From: Actinomycetota bacterium
GTDB lineage: Bacteria; Actinomycetota; UBA4738; HRBIN12
Direction: 5' to 3'
Assembly (NCBI GenBank): GCA_035762085.1
Contig: DASTPT010000094.1
Location: 6,101-70,100 of the forward strand
Length of the DNA: 64,000 bases
The position numbers were made by a program, and so were the translations under genes. Numbering within the stretch: the stretch's first letter is position 1; every line of letters begins with the position of its first letter. Shown in pieces: positions 57,796-64,000 of this stretch. Below the pieces are notes generated by a model. That model ran no database searches. It was not told where the DNA came from and saw only the letters and a program-made list of their open reading frames with translations.

Positions 57796-60492
57796 TCAGG
57801 GACGCTCGTCGCCGGCGGGCACCGGCTCCGTCCCCGCCTCGCTCTCGGGGAGGATGACGGGCTCGCGCGTCGGCTCCCGGCCCTCGACGTTGACCTTCGG
57901 CAGCCACTCGAGCCACGCCGGGAGGTACCAGTTGAGGTCGCCGAGGAGCTTCATGCTCGACGGCACCAGGATCGATCGCACGATGGTCGCGTCCAGGAAG
58001 ACCGCAACCGCGAGTCCCAGGCCCATCTGCTGGAGCGGGACCAGCCGCCCGGCCGCGAACGCCGTGAAGACCGCGACCATGATGATCGCGGCGCCGGTGA
58101 TGATGCCGGCCGTCGTCCGGAGGCCGTAGGCGACGGCCTCGGAGTTGTCTCCGGTCTTGTCGTACTCCTCGCGGATCCGGCTGAGCAGGAACACGTGGTA
58201 GTCCATCGACAGGCCGAACAGGATCGAGAACAGCAGCAGCGGGAGCCACGCCTCGATCGACTCGACCTCCTGGAACTGGAACCCGATCGCGTTGAACCCG
58301 TCGAGCGCCCAACCGTGGATCGTGTCGAGGAACCCGCTCGACTGCTTCTGGAACACGAGCACGATCGCCCCGTACGCCGCTCCGACCGAGAGCAGGTTCA
58401 TGAGCACGGCCTTCAGCGGCACGACGAGCGAGCGGAACACGACCATCAGCAGGAGGAACGACAGGCCGAGCACGAAGGCGAAGACGATCGGCTGATACGT
58501 GTCCGTCTGCGTGAAGAAGTCGGCCATGATCGCCGGGAACCCGCCGACGAGCACCTCCGCATCCGTTCCGGCGAAGATCGGCGGGATGCCCTGGTCGCGG
58601 AGCCGGTAGACCGCCTCGGTCGTTGCGTGACCGAACGGATCGCCGACGGGGATCGCGTTCACGACGGCGGCCGTGCCCTCCGCATTCGGGATCATCCCCA
58701 CCTGGTCGGCGAACGCGGGGTCGGCCGCGATCGCCTGTTCCAGCTCTCGGAGCGCGCCCTGCAGCTGCGGGGAGGACAGGTCGCCGCCCACGTATACCTG
58801 CACCGGGTCGCTCCGACCCCCGGCCGCGAACTGCTCGGACAGGATCAGGAACGCCTGCTTCGAGTCGACCTCGTCGGGCAGCGTGGCGGCGCTCGAGGTC
58901 GTCCCCTTGTCGATCGTGAAGTACAGGCTGGCGAGCGAGCCCAGGAACAGGACGGAGATGACCAGGAACAGGACGGGTCGCGCCATGACCGTCTTCGTCA
59001 TGCGGTCCCAGAACCCGCCCTTCGGGTCGTGCTCCCCCTCCATCCGGGCGCGCTTGGTGAAGCGCGGCCAGTTCACCCGGTCCTTCAGCAGGCCGAGCAG
59101 CGCCGGCAGCAGGGTGAGCGAGGCCATGATCGAGGCGAGGACCACGAGGATCGCCCCGGCCGCCATGCTGCGGAAGATCGTGTTCGGCATGATGAACATG
59201 CCGAGGAGCGCCAGGACCACCGTCAGACCGCTGAAGAAGACGGCGCGGCTCGCGGTGGCCCCCGACGCTGCGATCGCGTCGTACGGCTCGAAGCCCTTCT
59301 TCCGCTCCTCCCGATACCTGGCGATGATGAACAGGGAGTAGTCGATCCCCACCGCCAACCCGATCATCGGCGCGATGTTCTGCGTGAAGAGGCTGAAGCT
59401 CACGCCACTCAACTCGGCGATGAGCGCGATGCCGCCGAGCGCGATCGGGATCGCCATGAACGCCATCGCGAGGGGCAACAGGGCGGCGATCAGCGCGCCG
59501 AAGACCACCAGCAGCACGATCAGCGCGATGAGGACTCCGGTCCGCTCGCTGCTCGCGAGGTCCTCCTCGGCCACGTGGCTGGTGTCGGCGTTCAGCGTGG
59601 CCGGGCCGGCGAGGAACGTCTCGAACGCGTCGCCGTCCTGGTCGACCTCCGCCTGCACGTCCTTCAGGCGCTCGACGGTCGCGATCTCGGTATCGGCGAT
59701 CGGGACCGAGACGATCGTGGCCCGCCCGTCGGTCGAGATCAGCCCCGCGACATCGAAGTACGTGATCGGCGGTCCGGCGAGCGCGTCCGACCCCGCGGCC
59801 ATGATCGCGCCGCGGACGGCCTCGGTGACGCTGGTGAAGCTGATCTGCCCCGAGGGGTCCGGGTCGTCGATCCCCACGGACGACGACGTGATGAACGCCA
59901 CGAGCTCGGGCGGATCGACGCGCAGCACGTCGGGGTTGAGCGTGCCGGCCGTGAAGAGCTGCTGGGGCTGGATCACCTGGATCCGGTACGCCGAGTCCTC
60001 GTCGGGCGGCACGGCCTGGTCGACCGCGGCCTGGAGCGTCGAGACGATCTCCTCGTCCACCGGGCCCTGGAGCTGGATCGACACGAGCACGCCGGGGGGA
60101 TCGGACGTCCGCAGCCGCCGCAACCCGGCGGCCTCGAGCGCGTCGTAGACGGTGACCACGTCGCCGGCGACCGTCTGCTCGCCGAGCTCCATCACGCCCT
60201 GCTGCACGCCGCGGACGTACTGCTCGAAGGTGGGGTCGGACACGGCGAGCACGTCGTGGCGGATGACGAGGAACTCGGTGTCCTTCTGCTCGCCGGTGAT
60301 GTTCTCCTCGATGAGCTGCATCGCCTGTTTGGACTCCGGGTTGTTCGTGAAGTCCACGTCGGACGTGAGGGCGTCGGAAAGGAACTGCTGGGACGCGAAC
60401 CCAAGCCCGGTGACCACGACGAGCCACAGGACGATGACGATCCACGGACGCCGGCTGCTCGAACGGGCGAGCGACTCCGGGTTCAAACGCAT
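57796..60492 (-). CDS. MMPL family RND-type transporter
   Basis: 898 aa from MRLNPESLARSSSRRPWIVIVLWLVVV. Two 6-TM bundles, each preceded by a large periplasmic domain. The track ORF to 60999 has a spurious N-terminus. Confidence 0.9.
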   Translation of the reverse strand: MRLNPESLARSSSRRPWIVIVLWLVVVTGLGFASQQFLSDALTSDVDFTNNPESKQAMQLIEENITGEQKDTEFLVIRHDVLAVSDPTFEQYVRGVQQGVMELGEQTVAGDVVTVYDALEAAGLRRLRTSDPPGVLVSIQLQGPVDEEIVSTLQAAVDQAVPPDEDSAYRIQVIQPQQLFTAGTLNPDVLRVDPPELVAFITSSSVGIDDPDPSGQISFTSVTEAVRGAIMAAGSDALAGPPITYFDVAGLISTDGRATIVSVPIADTEIATVERLKDVQAEVDQDGDAFETFLAGPATLNADTSHVAEEDLASSERTGVLIALIVLLVVFGALIAALLPLAMAFMAIPIALGGIALIAELSGVSFSLFTQNIAPMIGLAVGIDYSLFIIARYREERKKGFEPYDAIAASGATASRAVFFSGLTVVLALLGMFIMPNTIFRSMAAGAILVVLASIMASLTLLPALLGLLKDRVNWPRFTKRARMEGEHDPKGGFWDRMTKTVMARPVLFLVISVLFLGSLASLYFTIDKGTTSSAATLPDEVDSKQAFLILSEQFAAGGRSDPVQVYVGGDLSSPQLQGALRELEQAIAADPAFADQVGMIPNAEGTAAVVNAIPVGDPFGHATTEAVYRLRDQGIPPIFAGTDAEVLVGGFPAIMADFFTQTDTYQPIVFAFVLGLSFLLLMVVFRSLVVPLKAVLMNLLSVGAAYGAIVLVFQKQSSGFLDTIHGWALDGFNAIGFQFQEVESIEAWLPLLLFSILFGLSMDYHVFLLSRIREEYDKTGDNSEAVAYGLRTTAGIITGAAIIMVAVFTAFAAGRLVPLQQMGLGLAVAVFLDATIVRSILVPSSMKLLGDLNWYLPAWLEWLPKVNVEGREPTREPVILPESEAGTEPVPAGDERP

Positions 60493-60541
60493 GGGCCGTA
60501 CCCCCCTCTGTCCGCTCGAGGCGGACTCCGCCCCCGAGTCG

Positions 60542-60564
60542 TGCTTACGTCGTATGTGCAAGCA
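60542..60564. promoter_or_regulatory. imperfect inverted repeat TGCTTAC-N9-GCAAGCA in the TetR/MMPL divergent intergenic region (candidate operator)
   Basis: Read directly; the arms match 6 of 7 positions. Confidence 0.3.
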
Positions 60565-60609
60565 TAGGCGGGGCGTCAACCCACGACGCCGCGGGGAGAG
60601 GACGGGCGC

Positions 60610-61293
60610 ATGTCCACGACGGTCGCCGACGGGCGAGCGAATCCCAGACCGCACCGCGATCCGCTCACGCGCGAGCGGATCGTCGAGACGGCGCTCCGAT
60701 TGATGGACGAGGAGGGCCTCCAGGCCGTCACGATGCGACGCGTCGGTCGCGAGCTCGGCGTCGAGGCGATGTCCCTGTACAACCACGTCGCGGACAAGCA
60801 GGACCTCCTGCGCGGCGTCGTCGAGGCCGTGATGGCCGGGTTCGAGTTCCCAGAGGACGGCGACGACTGGCGTGAGGCCGCCCGCCGCGCGGCGCGGGCC
60901 TGGCGGACGCTGCTGAAAGCGCACCCGAACGTCATCACGCTGATGTCCGGCCAGCGCAAGCCCATGACCTCGGTCGTGGCGCTCCGCCCCACCGAACACG
61001 CGATCTCGATCCTGGGACGCGCGGGCCTATCGAACGCCGAGACCGTCCGCGCCTTCCGCGCCTTCGGCGGCTACGTCCAGGGATTCGTGATGGCCGAGAT
61101 CGCGAACATGTTCGGGCGCGAAGACGCGGACGTCCTCCTGGACGACGTCGTGCGGACGATCCCGCTCGAGGAGCTCCCCACGCTGGCCGCTCACGTCGAG
61201 TACCTGTTCAACCGCGACCTGGATGCCGATTTCGAGTACGGGCTCGACCTGATGATCCGTGGTCTCGAGGCCAAGGCCGCGAACGGCGGCTAG
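60610..61293 (+). CDS. TetR family transcriptional regulator (divergent from MMPL)
   Basis: HTH (RERIVETALRLMDEEGLQAVTMRRVGRELGVEAMSLYNHV) and a TetR_C domain. Confidence 0.9.
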   Translation: MSTTVADGRANPRPHRDPLTRERIVETALRLMDEEGLQAVTMRRVGRELGVEAMSLYNHVADKQDLLRGVVEAVMAGFEFPEDGDDWREAARRAARAWRTLLKAHPNVITLMSGQRKPMTSVVALRPTEHAISILGRAGLSNAETVRAFRAFGGYVQGFVMAEIANMFGREDADVLLDDVVRTIPLEELPTLAAHVEYLFNRDLDADFEYGLDLMIRGLEAKAANGG

Positions 61294-62471
61294 CGTAGGC
61301 CGAGCTCGGCACCGACTCGCGCGAACACGTCGAGCGCCGTCCGTAGGTCCTCCTCCGTGTGATCGGCGGTCACGATCGTGCGGACCCGCGCCTGACCCTT
61401 CGCGACGGTGGGGAACACGATCGCCGGAGTGAACACCCCCTCCTCGAACAGCCCGCGCGCGAACGCCTGGGTCTTCTCCTCGTCCCCTGTGATCACCGGC
61501 GTGATCGGGGTCTCGCTCATCCCGGTGTCGTAGCCCAGGTCGTGGAGCCCGACCTTGAACGTCGCGGTGTTGCTCCACAGGCGCTCGAGCCGATCGGGCT
61601 CGTCGCGGATGATGTCGAGCGCCTCCAGGCAGGCCGCCGTGACCGCGGGCGGCGTGCTGGTCGAGAACAGGTACGGACGGCCGCGGTTGATGAGCCACTC
61701 GATCAGCTGGGCAGGCCCCGCGACGAACCCGCCGAGCACGCCGATCGCCTTCGAGAGCGTTCCGACCTGGACGTCCACGCGTCCGTGGAGCCCGAAGTGG
61801 TCGACGGTCCCGGCTCCGGCCTCGCCGAGCACGCCCGAGGCGTGCGCGTCGTCGAGCATCATGATCGCGCCGTGCTTCTCGGCGACCTCGACGAGCGCGG
61901 GGAGCGGGGCGATGTCCCCGTCCATCGAGAAGACGCCGTCGGTGATCAGGAGCTGACGCCGGCCCGGGCGGGCGGTCTCGGCCAGGAGGGCGTCGGCGTG
62001 GTCGGCGTCCTTGTGCTCGAACACCTTGATCTCGGCGCGCGACAGGCGTGCGCCGTCGATGATCGAGGCGTGGTTGAGCCGGTCGCTCACGATCACGTCC
62101 TCCTTGCCCAGGATCGCGGCGACGGTGCCGGCGTTCGCCGTGAACCCCGACTGGAACATCAAAGACTCCTCGGCGTGCTTGAAGTCCGCGAACCGGCGCT
62201 CGAGCACGCGGTGCATCGCCATCGTCCCGGCGATCGGACGGACCGCTCCACTCCCGGCGCCGAGCTCGGCGGCCGCCTTCGACGCCGCCGCGTTCATCCG
62301 AGGGTGGTTCGCGAGCCCGAGGTAGTTGTTCGACGCCAGGTTGACCACGTCCCGGCCGTCGAACCGCGCGCGGGCGCCGGTCGGCCCCTCGAGCGTCCGA
62401 GGATGGATCGCGAGCCCCTGCGCCTCGAGCTCGGCGAGCTGGTCCTTCAGGTAGTCGAGCGCACCGCCCAT
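61290..62471 (-). CDS. kbl: glycine C-acetyltransferase (2-amino-3-ketobutyrate CoA ligase)
   Basis: 393 aa. Alpha-oxoamine synthase motifs (NNYLGLANHP, PLP Lys in GTLSKAIG, SFTANAG), adjacent to tdh. Confidence 0.9.
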   Translation of the reverse strand: MGGALDYLKDQLAELEAQGLAIHPRTLEGPTGARARFDGRDVVNLASNNYLGLANHPRMNAAASKAAAELGAGSGAVRPIAGTMAMHRVLERRFADFKHAEESLMFQSGFTANAGTVAAILGKEDVIVSDRLNHASIIDGARLSRAEIKVFEHKDADHADALLAETARPGRRQLLITDGVFSMDGDIAPLPALVEVAEKHGAIMMLDDAHASGVLGEAGAGTVDHFGLHGRVDVQVGTLSKAIGVLGGFVAGPAQLIEWLINRGRPYLFSTSTPPAVTAACLEALDIIRDEPDRLERLWSNTATFKVGLHDLGYDTGMSETPITPVITGDEEKTQAFARGLFEEGVFTPAIVFPTVAKGQARVRTIVTADHTEEDLRTALDVFARVGAELGLR

Positions 62472-62529
62472 CGCGTTCCTCCCGTGCCGGGGCCGTCATC
62501 ACCCTATCGCCGGCGTCTACGATGAAGCC

Positions 62530-62988
62530 GTGCGGGTCGAGGCGTTCCTGGCCGATGCGGTGCAGGCCGTCGGGGGCAAGCTCTCGGCGCTCGGCGTCGG
62601 GTGGAACACGCTCTCGGCGCCGCGCTTCCCGGCCCGGCACGACCGCGTCGCGCTCGGCGTCGTCGTCCGGATCCCGCCCGAGGAGACCGGCGCGGGGCAC
62701 CGGCTCCGGGTGACGCTCGTCGGTCCGAACGGCCAGGAGCGGCCGCTCGGACGCGGCCCCGACGGGAGCCAGCTCACCGCGCTCGACGCACCGTTCTCCG
62801 TCCGGCAGGCCGAGATGGAGGCGACCGCGACGTTCGCGCTCAACTTCGACGGGCTCGTCTTCGACGGGCCGGGGACGCACACCTTCGTCCTGACGGTCGA
62901 CGGGACGGAACACCAGCGGCTGGCGTTCCGGGTGCAGACGCCGCCGGCGCCGCCGCCGGTCGAGCACCGCGCCGGCGGCTACCTCTGA
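62530..62988 (+). CDS. hypothetical protein encoded in the tdh-kbl spacer on the opposite strand
   Basis: 152 aa, GTG start. Balanced amino-acid composition, not the Arg/Pro-rich artefact type. Strong third-position G/C bias. It fills an otherwise unexplained 507-bp gap between two minus-strand genes. Confidence 0.45.
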   Translation: MRVEAFLADAVQAVGGKLSALGVGWNTLSAPRFPARHDRVALGVVVRIPPEETGAGHRLRVTLVGPNGQERPLGRGPDGSQLTALDAPFSVRQAEMEATATFALNFDGLVFDGPGTHTFVLTVDGTEHQRLAFRVQTPPAPPPVEHRAGGYL

Positions 62989-64000
62989 GGGATCTCCGGC
63001 CCGGGCCGCTCCCCGTCCGGGAACACGATGACCTTCGCCGCGTGCCCGGAGGCCGCCGTCGCGAAGGCCTCCTCGAACTCCTCGAGCGCGAACCGGTGCG
63101 TGATCACGGGCGAGACGTCGACCCGGCCGGTCGAGAGCAGGGTGGTCGTCTGCTGCCACGTGCGGAACATCTCGCGGCCCGTGATGCCGAGGATCCGCGC
63201 CTCCTTGAAGATGACCTGGTCGTTGAGGTCCAGCGTCACCGGCCGGTCCGGCAGGCCGAGCAGCGACATCCGGCCGCCACGCGCCAGCATCCGCGTCCCC
63301 TGGTCGATCGCGCGCGCGTTGCCCGACATCTCGAGCACGACCTCGGCGCCGACGCCGCCGGTCTCGCGCAGGACGACCTCGACCGGGTCCTCTACCTTCG
63401 GGTCCACGAGCAGGTCGGCCCCCATCGTGCCGGCCAGGGCCCGACGCTCGTCGTTCGGTTCGATCGCGAACACCTTCCACGCGCCGAGCGCGCGGGCGAT
63501 GCCCACCGAGAACAGGCCGATCGGGCCGCATCCGATCACGGCGACCGGGTTCGTGAGCAGGTCCTCGCCCCCCTCGGTGCCGAACGCCGCGTGGACCGCG
63601 TTGCCGAACGGCTCCATGATCGAGGCCACGTCCGGGTGGATCCCCTCGCCGACGATCCACGCGTTCTCGGCGGGGATCACCACGAACTCCGCGAAGGCGC
63701 CCTCGGTGTCCACACCGAGGATCCGCAGGTTCTGACAGATGTGCGCTCGACCGGTGCGACACGTCGCGCAGTGGCCGCAGGCGATGTGCGTCTCGGCGGC
63801 GACGAACGCGCCCGGCTTGATGTGGTGGACCTCGGAACCGACGGCCTCGACGGTCCCGGCGACCTCGTGCCCGAACGTCATCGGCACGCGGATGCGGCCC
63901 TCCGCCCATTCGTTCCAGTCGTGGATGTGCAGGTCGGTGCCGCAGATCGACGCGGCATGGACCCGGACCAGGACCTCGTCCTCGCCGGGGTCGGGGATGG
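62979..64000 (-). CDS. tdh: L-threonine 3-dehydrogenase (zinc-dependent MDR family), 5' end truncated by the window edge
   Basis: Continues in frame to the window end (…PDPGEDEVLVRVHAASICGTDLHIHDWNEWAEGRIRVPMTFGHEVAG…). Catalytic and structural zinc Cys motifs (CGHCATC), Rossmann GCGPIG. Confidence 0.9.
   Translation of the reverse strand, partial: IPDPGEDEVLVRVHAASICGTDLHIHDWNEWAEGRIRVPMTFGHEVAGTVEAVGSEVHHIKPGAFVAAETHIACGHCATCRTGRAHICQNLRILGVDTEGAFAEFVVIPAENAWIVGEGIHPDVASIMEPFGNAVHAAFGTEGGEDLLTNPVAVIGCGPIGLFSVGIARALGAWKVFAIEPNDERRALAGTMGADLLVDPKVEDPVEVVLRETGGVGAEVVLEMSGNARAIDQGTRMLARGGRMSLLGLPDRPVTLDLNDQVIFKEARILGITGREMFRTWQQTTTLLSTGRVDVSPVITHRFALEEFEEAFATAASGHAAKVIVFPDGERPGPEIPQR

Noticed and set aside
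56281-60567. 1428-aa plus-strand ORF, the longest ORF in the window
   Set aside because: It runs antisense across the LLM and MMPL genes. Its translation is low-complexity and rich in Arg/Asp/Glu/Gly/Pro with no domains. It is a typical stop-codon-poor antisense frame in 70%-GC DNA.
57796-60999. N-terminal 169-aa extension of the MMPL ORF
   Set aside because: The extension is Arg/His/Asp-rich and would delete the TetR-MMPL intergenic region. Met170 (MRLNPES) gives a normal MMPL N-terminus.
61027-63909. 960-aa minus-strand ORF spanning kbl, the spacer and tdh
   Set aside because: It is out of frame with the well-supported kbl and tdh reading frames and Arg/Gly/Pro-rich; a GC artefact.
1-64000. 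CRISPR arrays, tRNA/rRNA genes, integrases/transposases or other mobile-element signatures
   Set aside because: I saw no regularly spaced direct repeats, no cloverleaf-like or rRNA-like segments in the short intergenic gaps, and no recombinase or transposase ORFs. Gene content is core metabolic. The window does not look like a mobile or defence island.

Overview
High-GC (~70%) chromosomal segment, most likely Actinomycetota. A heliorhodopsin gene plus a fused IPCT/DIPPS (di-myo-inositol-phosphate synthase-like) gene suggest a thermophilic Rubrobacteria-like organism. The window is gene-dense, about 55 protein-coding genes on both strands, and is mostly metabolic and transport genes. I saw no rRNA, tRNA, CRISPR array, integrase or transposase. 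Most ORFs on the six-frame track longer than 300 aa that lie antisense to these genes are GC-rich artefacts (Arg/Pro/Gly-rich translations). Several real genes are shorter than their track ORFs. Confident calls: heliorhodopsin; two heterodimeric-type ABC exporters; thrC; ilvD; a secreted S8 protease; a tandem pair of DAO-family flavoproteins followed by an ABC-2 exporter, with an amidase convergent downstream; an IPCT/DIPPS-like fusion next to a ROK kinase; a Tat-secreted phospholipase-C-family phosphoesterase; a TetR/MMPL pair; and a kbl-tdh threonine-degradation pair. From about 35 to 53 kb there is a putative amine/acyl-CoA catabolic cluster. It holds two ADP-forming acyl-CoA synthetases, two acyl-CoA dehydrogenases, an enoyl-CoA hydratase, a CysK-like PLP enzyme, an EamA exporter, a CrtI/amine-oxidase-like flavoprotein, a PotABCD-type importer and an aldehyde dehydrogenase. 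A palindromic motif (TGAAC-N4-GTTCA) recurs upstream of its operons; its best copy overlaps the promoter of a TetR gene. Decay features are a class-III adenylate cyclase/STAND-ATPase/TPR regulator broken by at least four frameshifts, and a C-terminal remnant of a third DAO-family flavoprotein paralog. Coordinates I derived by hand from the sequence (motifs, hairpins, refined starts) may be off by 1-2 nt.
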